DNA of 64,000 nt from Macrostomum lignano. Its lineage: Eukaryota. The stretch covers positions 1-64,000 of the forward strand of contig NIVC01003153.1 of the NCBI GenBank assembly GCA_002269645.1. The letters run 5' to 3'. A program made the position numbers and the translations under genes. Shown piece after piece: positions 37,300 through 50,124 of the stretch (position 1 is the stretch's first letter; every line of letters begins with the position of its first letter). The notes beneath the pieces were generated by a model that was not told where the DNA came from, did no database searches, and saw only the letters and a program-made list of their open reading frames with translations.

Positions 37300-39766
37300 C
37301 GGATTACAATTCCTCATACTCGTAGAAAAATATTTTACACAACACATCGTTAGATGGCCATCGATATCTCAGTATGAAAGCTTCAAGGCTCAACAAGGAG
37401 GTTCAATTATAATCGATTACAAGAAAAAACTCATGTCGAAAGCTGTTCATTGTAAGACAGGAGAAAGCTACTTTTATGTGCAATGCACAAAGAAATTAGT
37501 CCGTTTTATATCCGCTCAAGTGCGCAGAGCAACCGGGAGAGGGAGAGAGGGAGAGCAAGAGAGGGAGAGCAAGAGAGGGAAAGGAAGAGAGGGAGAGCAA
37601 GAGAGGGAGAGGAAGAGAGGGAGAGGGAGAGGAAGAGAGGGAGAGGAAGAGAGGGAGAGGAAGAGAGAGAGGAAGAGAGGGAGAGGAAGAGAGGGAAAGG
37701 AAGAGAGGGAGAGGAAGAGAGAGAGGAAGAGAGGGAGAGGAAGAGAGGGAAAGGAAGAGAGGGAGAGGAAGAGAGAGAGGAAGAGAGGGAGGAAGAGAGG
37801 GAGAGGAAGAGAGGGAGAGGAAGAGAGGGAAAGGAAGAGAGGGAAAGGAAGAGAGGGAAAGGAAGAGAGGGAAAGGAAGAGAGGGAGAGGAAGAGAGGGA
37901 GAGGAAGAGAGGGAGAGGAAGAGAGGGAGAGGAAGAGAGGGAGAGGAAGAGAGGGAGAGGAAGAGAGGGAAGGGAAGAGAGGGAGAGGAAGAGAGGGAAA
38001 GGAAGAGAGGGAAAGGAAGAGAGGGAGAGGAAGAGAGGGAGAGGAAGAGAGGGAAAGGAAGAGAGGGAGAGGAAGAGAGGGAAAGGAAGAGAGGGAGAGG
38101 AAGAGAGGGAGAGGAAGAGAGGGAGAGGAAGAGAGTGAAAGGAAGAGAGGGAGAGGAAGAGTTATGGGGAGAGAGGGAGAAGGGAAGGACGAGAGGGAGA
38201 GGAAAAGAGGGAGAGGAAGAGAGGGAAAGGAAGAGAGGGAAAGGAAGAGAGGGAGAGGAAGAGTTATAGGGAGAGAGGGAGAAGGGAAGGGAGAGAGGGA
38301 GAGGAAGAGAGGGAGAGGAAGAGAGGGAAAGGAAGAGAGGGAAAGGAAGAGAGGGAGAGGAAGAGAGGGAGAGGAGGAGAGGGAGAGGAAGAGAGGGAGA
38401 GGAAGAGAGGGAGAGGAAGAGAGGGAAAGGAAGAGAGGGAGAGGAAAGAGAGAGAGGAAGAGAGGGAGAGGAAGAGAGGGAGAGGAAGAGAGAGAGGAAG
38501 AGAGGGAGGAAGAGAGGGAGAGGAAGAGAGGGAGAGGAAGAGAGGGAGAGGAAGAGAGGGAAGGGAAGAGAGGGAGAGGAAGAGAGGGAAAGGAAGAGAG
38601 GGAAAGGAAGAGAGGGAGAGGAAGAGAGAGAGGAAGAGAGGGAGGAAGAGAGGGAGAGGAAGAGAGGGAAAGGAAGAGAGGGAAAGGAAGAGAGGGAGAG
38701 GAAGAGAGGGAGATGGGAAGAGTTATAGGGAGAGAGGGAGAAGGGAAGGGAGAGAGGGAGAGGAAGAGAGGGAGAGGAAGAGAGGGAGAGGAAGAGAGGG
38801 AGAGGAAGAGAGGGAGAGGAAGAGAGGGAAGGGAAGAGAGGGAGAGGAAGAGAGGGAGAGGAAGAGAGGGAAAGGAAGAGAGGGAAAGGAAGAGAGGGAG
38901 AGGAAGAGAGGGAGAGGAAGAGAGAGAGGAAGAGAGGGAGAGGAAGAGAGGGAAAGGAAGAGAGGGAGAGGAAGAGAGAGAGGAAGAGAGGGAGGAAGAG
39001 AGGGAGAGGAAGAGAGGGAGAGGAAGAGAGGGAAAGGAAGAGAGGGAAAGGAAGAGAGGGAAAGGAAGAGAGGGAAAGGAAGAGAGGGAGAGGAAGAGAG
39101 GGAGAGGAAGAGAGGGAGAGGAAGAGAGGGAGAGGAAGAGAGGGAAGGGAAGAGAGGGAGAGAGAGGGAAAGGAAGAGAGGGAAAGGAAGAGAGGGAGAG
39201 GAAGAGAGGGAGAGGAAGAGAGGGAAAGGAAGAGAGGGAGAGGAAGAGAGGGAAAGGAAGAGAGGGAGAGGAAGAGAGGGAGAGGAAGAGAGGGAGAGGA
39301 AGAGAGTGAAAGGAAGAGAGGGAGAGGAAGAGTTATGGGGAGAGAGGGAGAAGGGAAGGACGAGAGGGAGAGGAAAAGAGGGAGAGGAAGAGAGGGAAAG
39401 GAAGAGAGGGAAAGGAAGAGAGGGAGAGGAAGAGTTATAGAGGAGAGAGGGAGAGGGAAGGGAGAGAGGGAGAGGAAGAGAGGGAGAGGAAGAGAGGGAA
39501 AGGAAGAGAGGGAAAGGAAGAGAGGGAAAGGAAGAGTTATAGGGAGAGAGGGAGAAGGGAAGGGAGAGAGGGAGAGGAAGAGAGGGAGAGGAAGAGAGGG
39601 AAAGGAAGAGAGGGAGAGGAAGAGAGGGAGAGGAAGAGAGGGAGAGGAGAGAGGGAGAGGAAGAGAGGGAGAGGAAGAGAGGGAGAGGAAGAGAGGGAAG
39701 GAAGAGAGGGAGGAGAGAGAGAGGAGAGAAGAGGAAGAGAGGAGAGAGAGGGAAGGAAGAGAGAGA

Positions 39767-39804
<38 letters not shown>

Positions 39805-40044
39805 GAGAGGAGAGAGAGAGAGAGAGGAAGAGAGAGAGAGAGAGGAAGAGAGGAGAGGAAGAGAGAGAGAGAGAAGAGAGGGAGAGGAAGAGAGGGAGAG
39901 CAAGAGAGAGAGAGAGAGAGAGAAGAGAGGGAGAGAGAGGAAGAGAGAGAGAGGAAGAGAGGGAGAGAGAGGAAGAGAGGGAGAGGAAGAGAGGGAGAGA
40001 AGAGAGAGAGAGAGAGGAAGAGAGGGAGAGGAAGAGAGGGAGAG

Positions 40045-40085
<41 letters not shown>

Positions 40086-40650
40086 GAGAGGGAGAGAGGG
40101 AAAGGAAGAGCATCTGCCGCGTCATCACAGGTGCGTATCCAACAACCTCCTTCGAGGGGCAGAACATTATCTTAAATTTACCTCTACTCCATTCATTTAT
40201 CGGGGCGGAGTCATTGAAATCCGCCTCCCGACTTGTAGGTGATAAAACGATAAATAACGCATCCTCTGGCTTTACGCCATGAAAACTCGAATCCCGCATA
40301 TGGATTTCGTCCGTCGCGATCTTATCAACGTCCACATCGACCCGGACAATGTGGATAGTCGCCTCCCCGCTCTCAACGTCAAGAGGGGCTTCCAGACCGC
40401 CATCCCTGGTCGAGACAGCATTCCGCTGGATGTCGGTGTGTACCGGCGCAGCCAGAGCATTCACTGCTTCACAGACAGCTCGCTGGAGCGGGTATCACCG
40501 TCTTCCACGAGGGTAAGATGCTCTCTCAGTATCTCAACGCCAACGCAGTGTGCAATCTCTTTCTGTTCTTAACTGGATTATAATTATCTGGACACCCGGT
40601 CACAGCAATATCCTGGGCAACGAGCTCGCGGATTTTCTCGCCAAGGAGAG
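37300..40650 (+). pseudogene. Degenerate non-LTR retrotransposon ORF2 fragment (post-RT region and RNase H) split by a GA satellite
   Basis: Left of the satellite: QCTKKLVRFISAQVRRATG. Right of it: ICRVITGAYPTTS..ILNLPLL, IHCFTDSS, WTPGHSNILGNELADFLAKE. These are collinear with the young LINE at the window end (KTKKALAILAQLRRAVG..ACRMILNAP..VHCFTDGS). Confidence 0.75.
37535..40110. repeat. 2.6-kb purine satellite, 14-bp unit (GAGAGGGAGAGGAA)
   Basis: Directly visible; a rare-variant block recurs at 38131 and 39302. Confidence 0.98.
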
Positions 40651-40689
40651 CAGATAGTCAATTGAATGAAAAAAACCTGCTGTGCCTGT

Positions 40690-41305
40690 GGCTCAGTGTC
40701 CTAATGGCTAAAAATTCAGTGTCCTAATGGCTAAATACTCAGTGTCCTAATGGCTAAATACTCAGTGTCCTAATGACTAAATACTCAGTGTCCTAATGAC
40801 TAAATACTCAGTGTCCTAATGACTAAATATTCAGTGTCCTAATGACTAAATACTCAGTGTCCTAATGACTAAATACCCAGTGTCCTAATGACTAAATACT
40901 CAGTGTCCTAATGACTAAATACTCAGTGTCCTAATGACTCAATACTCAGTGTCCTAATGACTCAATACTCAGTGTCCTAATGACTCAATACTCAGTGTCC
41001 TAATGACTCAATACTCAGTGTCCTAATGATTAAATACCCCGTGTCCTAATGACTAAATACTCAGTGTCCTAATGACTCAATACCCAGTGTCCTAATGACT
41101 CAATACTCAGTGTCCTAATGACTCAATACTCAGTGTCCTAATGACTCAATACTCAGTGTCCTAATGACTCAATACTCAGTGTCCTAATGACTCAATACTC
41201 AGTGTCCTAATGACTCAATACTCAGTGTCCTAATGACTCAATACTCAGTGTCCTAATGACTCAATACTCAGTGTCCTAATGACTCAATACTCAGTGCCCT
41301 AATGA
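40690..41305. repeat. 23-bp minisatellite (ACTCAGTGTCCTAATGACTCAAT)
   Basis: Directly visible; polarised variants GGCTAAAT > GACTAAAT > GACTCAAT. Confidence 0.97.
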
Positions 41306-41789
41306 CGCATGCTCATCCTTGCCTAATGGTTAATACCATTAATGCCCAATGCTAAGTGATAGGGAAAAGGAGAAATGATTAAACAAACAATGCGCCAAGA
41401 AAGAAACAGCAGCAATGGTGCACTGCAAGGCGAAGATACAAAGCAAACAGACACCCCTTGCAGGCTTCGCTAGTAGCAGATAAATGCCAACAGCCGACAG
41501 AACTGACATCATGTGCAGAGATTAGAAAGATTAGCACAAAACTTAATTTCTATAGCCTTTTCTATAGAAAAGTTGCTGTTGACCAAGTTCGCAATCTAGC
41601 TGAATAAATTTGGGGTGAAATGTAGCAAAAAACTTGTCGAAGTTCGAATGGAAAAGGGGTTTAATGCTTCTGTACCAAGGCATGTAGGCATTTTCATCCT
41701 GTTCGCTTGTTTGCTGCAGTTTGCAGAGACTGCAGTTGGAACTGCTGTGGGTTAGGGTTGCAAAACTTTGCAGCGACTCGCGATGTGGC

Positions 41790-42795
41790 GAGATGAAGGG
41801 GACAGATTGGGAGAGACGCGAAGGGAAACTGGGGAGATGAAGGGAGGAAGATAGGGAGAGACACGAAGGGAAACTGGGGAGATGAAGGGAGTAAGATAGG
41901 GAGAGCCACGAAGGGAAACTGGGAAGATGAAGGGAGGAAGATAGGGAAAGACACGAAGGGAAACTGGGAAGATGAAGGGAGTAAGATAGGGAGAGACACG
42001 AAGGGAAACTGGGGAGATGAAGGGAGGAAGATAGGGAAAGACACGAAGGGAAACTGGGAAGATGAAGGGAGGAAGATAGGGAGAGACACGAAGGGAAACT
42101 GGGAAGATGAAGTGAGGAAGATAGGGAGAGACACGAAGGGAAACTGGGAAGATGAAGGGAGGAAGATAGGGAGAGACACGAAGGGAAACTGGGAAGATGA
42201 AGGGAGGAAGATAGGGAGAGACACGAAGGGAAACTGGGAAGATGAAGGGAGGAAGATAGGGAGAGACACGAAGGGAAACTGGGAAGATGAAGGGAGGAAG
42301 ATAGGGAGAGACACGAAGGGAAACTGGGGAGACGAAGCGAGGGATATAGGGAGAGACACGAACGGAAACTGGGAAGATGAAGTGAGGAAGATAGGGAGAG
42401 ACACGAAGGGAAACTGGGAAGATGAAGGGAGGAAGATAGGGAAAGACACGAAGGGAAACTGGGAAGATGAAGGAAGGAAGATAGGGAAAGACACGAAGGG
42501 AAACTGGGAAGATGAAGGGAGGAAGATAGGGAGAGACACGAAGGGAAACTGGGGAGATGAAGGGAGGAAGATAGGGAGAGACACGAAGGGAAACTGGGAA
42601 GATGAAGGGAGGAAGATAGGGAGAGACACGAAGGGAAACTGGGAAGATGAAGGGAGGAAGATAGGGAGAGACACGAAGGGAAACTGGGGAGATGAAGGGA
42701 GGAAGATAGGGAGAGACACGAAGGGAAACTGGGAAGATGAAGTGAGGAAGATAGGGAGAGACACGAAGGGAAACGTGGGAGATGAAGGGAGGAGC
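41790..42795. repeat. 45-bp purine-rich minisatellite, about 22 copies
   Basis: ATAGGGAGAGACACGAAGGGAAACTGGGAAGATGAAGGGAGGAAG in tandem. Confidence 0.97.
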
Positions 42796-43614
42796 CAAAG
42801 AAATGCAGATGCATAGAGAAGGGACAAGTAAGAAATGTTAATCAGGTGAAGGAATGCAGACGAGGGGAGAAAAAGTGCAGGCAGGCGGCAAGGTGCAGAC
42901 GGTGCACTTTTGGCCAAACCTCACCTTTGTGCACTTGAAAAGCCAGGTATAATGTAAAATATTCCACAGATCCCGTTGAATAGAAGATCTAGCTGATTTC
43001 CCAGACATTCTTAGCTAGTTCAGCCTCTCTTCCTCATGTCCCCTCGAAGCACTCTAAAGAGACACTGCATACTTAAGCTTCAGTCTCTGTTGTACTTTAA
43101 TTGAGTCAACAAGCTCTACTGCTGCCAACTACACAGCTCTATCCTATTGGAATTTATTATAAAAGAACACGAAAAAGGCCAAGAATACACCGCTATGTGT
43201 CTGCTCTGCCGTAGGCATTGAACACGTGCGAGTACATGCTTGGCGTGTCAACTATTCTGGGGAAGGCGGGGCGGGGGAGGCAGAGCTGAGCGCGCACTGA
43301 TAAGGGGCATCAGACGGCTCCCCCCCTGTAAGCCATGGCCGCCGGTTGTGCATGCGTTCCCACCTCCTCGCTCTCTGATAGGCTCTGCCCTAGAAGAAGA
43401 AGCCAGCGAGATTCTATATTTCGGCTTCAACCGGAGAAAACACACACATTGGGCGCGCCTGTCTGCCCGAGAGAGAGAGACAGAGAGAGCATTCCAATTT
43501 GAAAAGAACAGAACAGGGCAGACTGAGACACAGCTGCTGGCTTCAATTCGCAAATCTCTGGGTCCCAATAAAGTTATGAGGAGCTGAACTTCATTCTTCT
43601 AATATTATTGCCAA

Positions 43615-44479
43615 ATGGCGTCAGCTACTCAGCCTCTGCTCTCCATCATTGCCAGCTGCTGCATTTTGCTTGTGTCCGGGGAACAGTCACCGCTAGCGGC
43701 GGCAGCGGCGGTCCAACGTGCGCCCTGTTCAACAGACCCAACGGGGCCTCCCAGCTGGACTGTCGGGCCGCGGCCACCGCAGCCTCGAGCAGCCGCGGCC
43801 GCCGGCACCTGTTTGTCGGCATTCGCCGTAGCGACCAGCTGCTGCACTGGGAGCTCAGCCCGCCGTTGCTAGGCAACCAGAGCGTTAACCGGCTGCCGGC
43901 TGGCGCCCTCACCCGCTGCAGGCCCACCTCCGCCCGGACGTGGCTCTCGTGCTGCGCCGGCTGAACCAGCCGAGTCCCCGCCTGGCCGCCCTGTCCGACC
44001 TGCCCAGCCTGCGGCACCTGGTGCTGGCCGACTCGAATTTCACCTGCCTGCACGCCGGCCTGCTGGACTCGGCGCCTGGCCTGGCCAGCCTCAGCCTGCT
44101 GGACAACCGGCGGCTCGCCTGCCTGCAGCCGGGCGCCCTGGCCGGTCTTGGCCGGCTGCGCCGGTTCAGCGTGTCCGGCAGCCCCGCCCTGCTGCGCCTC
44201 GATCCGGCCGTCTTCTGCGGCCAACCGGCCACGCGGCTGTCCGAGCTCAGCCTCCAGCTGCCCGCCGGCTCCCGGCCGCCTGTAGCAGCGCTAATCCGCC
44301 TGTTTGGCCTCGTCGATCTCCGCCTGTCGACGAGTTCGACAACAACCGACGACGCCGCGGCCCTGGAGCTGCTGCCGAGCCTGGCCGGCTTCATCTGCAG
44401 CCTCTCCGGCGAGCGCCTTCGACGGCTCCGGTTAAACGGCCTGCCGGTGGTTGACCGACTGCTCGGCGAGCGGCTGCAG
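43615..44479 (+). CDS. LRR transmembrane protein exon 1 (signal peptide plus LRRs; two apparent 1-nt deletions at about 43705 and 43925)
   Basis: MASATQPLLSIIASCCILLVSG signal-like start; LRR repeats (LSDLPSLRHLVLADSNFTCL, APGLASLSLLDNRRLACL, LAGLGRLRRFSVSGSPAL). Adding two bases makes the exon 289 codons, ending at CTGCAG|GTGAGG. Confidence 0.72.
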
Positions 44480-45009
44480 GTGAGGATTAGAAACCTCTAC
44501 AAACCTCTCCACGCCGAAGCCTGAGAGAATAACAAAACCCGTTCCCGCGGGCGCGCTCAGCAGGGCTGGCCATAGACTATCGCTGCCGTTTCCACACCCT
44601 GCCTTATAGCTGAGGCTTGGCTGTACATTATACACTGTTTGTGCATGTACACGAAAATTGACCGGAGGATTGACGTGCAATTTATACCCATATGAGGGCC
44701 AGCCCCCAAGTCTATAGGGAGTGTACATGCCTGACGATTAGACAGTCAGGACTCCTGTACAGTTTACACCCTGTGTGAGCGTGTGCATGAGTGCGTGCTT
44801 GCGTACAGTATTGGCGCGCTTGTATGTGCTCAGGGGTCAGCGAAATCGGCAGAATGGCCACAGCGCGTGTCATGAAACGATGTCTATGCAGACCAGTCTT
44901 GCTCGGCAGGAAGGAACTGAGCCTGTCTCACCCTTAGCCAAGGACAGCTAAGATGTTTATCTTTTTTCTTGAATTTTTCTGTTCTGGCTGACCCACTTAT
45001 CAACTGCAG

Positions 45010-45558
45010 GCCTCCGTTGAGGACTTCTGCGGCGGCAACGGCGGCAGCGGCGGCGGCGCAGAGGCGGACAGCAGAAGCGGCAGCTGCGTCGCCTCCGACG
45101 GCGGCTGCTCCGACGGCTGTCCAGCGCGGCGACTATTGTCGATTCCGACGATGTCGCCTAAGGACGAACTGACTCAGACTCGGCCGCCTCAGCAGAAGCG
45201 CCAGCAGCCTCAACGGCTCGACTCAAAGCTTCAGGACGACCGTCGGCAAGACCGGCCGAACCTGCCTGGCACGGTGCTGCTCACCGCCAGCGCCTTCGTA
45301 GCCGGCATCGTCGTGTCGCTCTACTGCCTGCTGGCGATTCAACGAAGACGCCGATTGGCGAAGAAGCGGCGATGGAGGCGGCAGCGGCTCGGATGCGACC
45401 CGCCAGCACCGGTGCGAGGGGAAGCACCGGTTGAGTGCACCGGTGCTGGCGCGGAACCGGTGCAGTTAATTGGATTCGCGAGACGGGGCAGCTTCTCAGC
45501 GGTGAACCGGGTGGCCGCTGGGGATTCGCAGCTGCTGCTGGCTGTCCAGCGGCTGTAG
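45010..45558 (+). CDS. LRR transmembrane protein exon 2 (stalk, TM helix, short basic tail)
   Basis: Acceptor AACTGCAG|GCC in phase 0; TM VLLTASAFVAGIVVSLYCLLAI followed by QRRRRLAKKRR. Confidence 0.75.
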   Translation, partial: ASVEDFCGGNGGSGGGAEADSRSGSCVASDGGCSDGCPARRLLSIPTMSPKDELTQTRPPQQKRQQPQRLDSKLQDDRRQDRPNLPGTVLLTASAFVAGIVVSLYCLLAIQRRRRLAKKRRWRRQRLGCDPPAPVRGEAPVECTGAGAEPVQLIGFARRGSFSAVNRVAAGDSQLLLAVQRL

Positions 45559-45648
45559 AGGAAAGTTTTCTGCTCAACTTCCCCGTAGCAACCAGGGGAA
45601 CGAGCCTTGGATACGGCTGCTTCTCGGGTAGCTCTAGTTGGCATTGAC

Positions 45649-46298
45649 TCTGGGGATTCCAGGGATCAAAACACTGATCCCAGCGGGGATTCTAGGGATC
45701 AAAACACTCTGATCCCAGTGGGGATTCTAGGGATCAAAAACTCCGATCCCAGTGGGGATTCTAGGGATCAAAACACTGATCCCAGTGGGGATTAAGGATC
45801 AAAACACTGATCCCAGTGGGGATTCTAGGGATCCAAACACTGATCCCAATTTGGGGATTCAAGGGATCAAAACACACTGATCCCAATTTGGGGATTCTAG
45901 GAATCAAAACACATTAACCCCAATTTGGGGATTCAAGGGATAAAAACACTGATCCCAGTGGGGATTCTAGCTACGGATCCAAACACTGATCCCAATTTGG
46001 GGATTCAAGCGATCAAAACTCTGCGATCCCAGTGGGGGTTCTAAGGATAAAAACACACTGATCCCAATTTGGGGATTCAAGGGATCAAAACTCTGCGATC
46101 CCAGTGGGGGTTCTAAGGATAAAAACACACTGATCCCAATTTGGGGATTCAAGGGATCAAAAATCTGCGATCCCAGTGGGGATTCCAGGGATCAAAACAC
46201 TGATCCCAATTTGGGGATTCTAGGGATCCAAACAATAATCCCAATTGGGGATTCTAGAGATCAAAATACTTATCCCAGTGGAGATTTTAGGGATCAAA
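45649..46298. repeat. ~33-bp minisatellite with an internal hairpin (GGGATCA-AAACAC-TGATCCC)
   Basis: Directly visible; starts about 90 bp after the LRR gene stop. Confidence 0.94.
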
Positions 46299-47266
46299 AC
46301 ACTGCACAGTGATGACGGAAATTTGCCTATAAAGCATTTCGACAGGCACCGTATCCAAGCTAAACACACCCCGTTGCTAGGAGGGCTTCCCTCGTTAGTT
46401 CCCAAGTTTTTAACTTATCTATATGAGCGAATGCTTAGCTTAATAATGAAAGAAATTATTGATGTACATACTTTATCAAAGACAAAAACCGATTGCTGCT
46501 TTTATACTTTACCTAGCTGTTACCTCATTTGTTATACATGTAGCTGTAGGTAATAGTAGTACATATAGTGCAATAATTAATGTCATTACATCTTGTTTTC
46601 TTTGTCAATTTAGACTGGTTTACCGCTTCAATAAAATACCTGCTTGTGCGTCTGACTTTCAGTTGTAAAAAAACCTATATAATTATCCAGTTGTTTTACC
46701 ACCTTCTTATCAGGTGATAATTGACCTCAGATAAGCCGCAGCTTATTGTTAGCATTATTTGTCGGCCATAAAAAACTTTCGTCAGTGCGTAAAACCTAAG
46801 TTTTACGAGGCCCGCAATTTGAGTTCTAAAACAGATTGCGGCCAGATAAACTGATATCCATGTGAATTGCTCACTATAAAGGACACGTTCAAGCCAAAAT
46901 AACAGTGCACGTGTGGCCTTCACATGCTCATAGGTACTACGCTCGTAAGACGCTTACTTAGCTTTTAAGGGCTATAAAATGCAGAGGTAGATAATGAAAA
47001 GCAAAACCTGCCAATCAACAATCCAGCAGATAAGCCGAGCTCAATACTGCAATAAAACATTACGCATATCGAACACAATAGGGCACGGACGGACTATGTA
47101 GTAATTAAGTACCTTCAATGACAAGGTGTCGATTTGAAATCTGCATTTTTATGAAATGGAGATCGGGATCTACCTGCAATAATAATTGTGTATATCCCGC
47201 TTGCGATCTTATGATCGAGGCCTAGAAGTGTTTTGACTTCAACTCTGCAACTATAGAATTGGAACT

Positions 47267-48446
47267 TCAGGCAGCTTTGGGATCGGGACTTCAAGCAGCT
47301 TTGGGATCGGGACTTCAGGCAACTTTGTGATCGGGACTTCATACAGCTTTGGGATCGGGACTTCAGGCAGCTTTGGGATCGGGACTTCAGGCAGCTTTGG
47401 GATCGGGACTTCAGGCAACTTTGTGATCGGGACTTCAGGCAGCTTTGGGATCGGGACTTCATACAGCTTTGGGATCGGGACTTCAGGCAGCTTTGGGATC
47501 GGGACTTCAGGCAACTTTGGGATCGGGACTTCATACAGCTTTGGGATTGGGACTTCGGGCAGCTTTGGGATTGGGACTTCAGGCAGCTTTGGGATCGGGA
47601 CTTCAGACAGCTTTGGGATCGGGACTTCAGGCAACTTTGGGATCGGGACTTCAGGCAGCTTTGGGATCGGGACTTCAGGCAACTTTGGGATCGGGACTTC
47701 ATACAGCTTTGGGATTGGGACTTCAGGCAACTTTGGGATTGGGACTTCAGGCAGCTTTGGGATCGAGACTTCAAGCAGCTTTGGGATCGAGACTTCAAGC
47801 AGCTTTGGGATCGGGACTTCAGGCAACTTTGGGATCGGGACTTCATACAGCTTTGGGATTGGGACTTCAGGCAACTTTGGGATCGAGACTTCAAGCAGCT
47901 TTGGGATCGGGACTTCAGGCAACTTTGTGATCGGGACTTCAGGCAACTTTGGGATCGGGACTTCAGGCAACTTTGGGATCGGGACTTCAGGCAGCTTTGG
48001 GATCGGGACTTCAGGCAACTTTGGGATCGGGACTTCATACAGCTTTGGGATTGGGACATCAGGCAGCTTTGGGATTGGGACTTCAGGCAGCTTTGGGATC
48101 GGGACTTCAGGAAACTTTGGGATCGGGACTTCAGGCAACTTTGGGATCGAGACTTCAAGCAGCTTTGGGATCGGGACTTCAGGCAACTTTGGGATCGGGA
48201 CTTCATACAGCTTTGGGATTGGGACATCAGGCAGCTTTGGGATTGGGACTTCAGACAGCTTGAGGATCGGGACTTCAGACAGCTTTGGGATCGGGACTTC
48301 AGACAGCTTTCGGATCGGGACTTCAGACAGCTTTCGGATCGGGACTTCAGACAGCTTTGGGATCGGGACTTCAGACAGCTTGAGGATCGGGACTTCAGAC
48401 AGCTTTGGGATCGGGACTTAGACAGCTTTGGGATCGGGACTTCATG
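47267..48446. repeat. 24-bp minisatellite (GCAGCTTTGGGATCGGGACTTCAG), about 49 copies
   Basis: Directly visible. Confidence 0.98.
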
Positions 48447-49218
48447 CAGCAAGGTCTAAAATATGAAAGGCAAAGTCGCACGCAAAGCAAATTTGTAACA
48501 CGGTGATAACTAATCTGTAACTGTGTTGCCAGCAAGCCAAGAAACAGGAGACAACAAATCCTCGGATATATAATTGAACCAATGTCACAGAAACTCAGGC
48601 GGCAGTTAATTAAACAAAAAGATATAAAACAGCTTTGACAGACACTTTGTAGCTTTCTTCGAATTTGGGAGCCTGTGAGCGCGGCGTCACTTTGAAGACG
48701 ACGCAAAGTTAGCAGAATAAATAAATAAATATATATATCCAATCGGTAACATAGATTTGAAAATATTTATGAAAAACAGTATAATTAAAGTTATATACGA
48801 AGGCCATCTCGGACAAAATTGTCCATTTAGGATTAAAACATACGTCAAGATGTCCCGCTTAACAAATTTATGCATAGAAGAGATGGGGAAGCGGGCAAAT
48901 AGAACTCTGTATTAAACAATTTATACTACTAAATAAGCCTATAGCAGTAGTAGTAGAGATGGTATATGAGGAGTGACTACTTTTTATTTTTATTTTTGGG
49001 AAATATGAGAACAAAAAAACTGAATAATGACAAGGTCGATTTTCTGAATCTGTCCCACAGATACTGCAATAACCAGGGCATGGGCCACTCGGCAGATTTG
49101 CGTGCAAGCTACTTGCAGTTCAGTAGAAAGTAGCAAATATACGTATTTTAATTTATTTAAAAAACAGAGTATCATTGGTTCTATTAACCCGGAATGGCAT
49201 TGGGAGAGCCATTCAAAG

Positions 49219-49660
49219 AGGTCAAGGGGTCAGCTGACCTCACTAGTGAAACAGATTTACTGGGGGGTCAAGGGTTCAGCTGTCCCCCTAGTGAAACAGA
49301 TTTACTGGGGGTCAAGGGGTCAGCTGTCCCCTTAGTGAAACAGATTTACTGGGGGTCAAGGGGTCAGCTGTCCCCTTAGTGAAACAGATTTACTGGGGGT
49401 CAAGGGGTCAGCTGTCCCCTTAGTGAAACAGATTTACTGGGGGTCAAGGGGTCAGCTGTCCCCTTAGTGAAACAGATTTACTGGGGGTCAAGGGGTCAGC
49501 TGTCCCCTTAGTGAAACAGATTTACTGGGGGTCAAGGGGTCAGCTGTCCCCTTAGTGAAACAGATTTACTAGGGGGTCAAGGGGTCAGCTGCCCCCCTAG
49601 TGAAACAGATTTACTAGGGGGTCAAGGGGTCAGCTGTCCCCCTAGTGAAACAGATTTACC
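49219..49660. repeat. 44-bp minisatellite immediately 3' of the UBR stop codon
   Basis: GTGAAACAGATTTACTGGGGGTCAAGGGGTCAGCTGTCCCCTTA in tandem. Confidence 0.97.
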
Positions 49661-49746
49661 AACAAGCCAATGCTAAAGAGGCCCATACAGTTAATGGAGT
49701 ACCCGTGATTTGTCCTCGGGACAATTGCCCTCCTTCTGTCCTCTAT

Positions 49747-49997
49747 TTAAACTTCAAAGAAATTTCCCGAGTGCGGATCGCGACCAGCTCTGGCGGCCAG
49801 CGAGTGGCGCAGCCAGTCCTCCTGCAGGCGGCTGTACATGGCGGAGCTCAGCTGCAGCGGCTGGCCCCGGCGAAGATATTCGTCGGTCTCGCCATACCGA
49901 TCAACGTAGGGAGCGCTGGAGATGCAGCCCAGGCGGTTGGGGGCCGACACCAGCAGCAGGGTGCAGTCTAGCACGCGAAGGAACACGCCGGTGCCGC
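49747..49997 (-). CDS. UBR1: UBR1/UBR2-like E3 ligase, terminal exon
   Basis: GVFLRVLDCTLLL..GCISSAPYVDRYGETDEYLRRGQPLQL matches the conserved UBR C-terminus; phase-1 acceptor CTCCCGCAG|GC. Confidence 0.92.
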
Positions 49998-50124
49998 CTG
50001 CGGGAGAGTCCAGATGGGCTTTTATTGATGAAGGCAGCTTAGCTTCGCGTTCGGGATCAAGAATATCGATCTTTAAAGTAGGGAACAGATTCTGAACTAT
50101 TTTGAACTAACTTAATAACTGAAT

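Noticed and set aside
46734-46807. Short perfect hairpins (ATAAGC/GCTTAT; CGTAAAAC/GTTTTACG) as Helitron ends or terminators
   Set aside because: No matching element terminus or second copy in the window; insufficient support.
45649-49660. Hairpin-containing 33-bp and 44-bp repeats as CRISPR arrays
   Set aside because: The units are head-to-tail with no unique spacers, there are no cas genes, and the context is eukaryotic.
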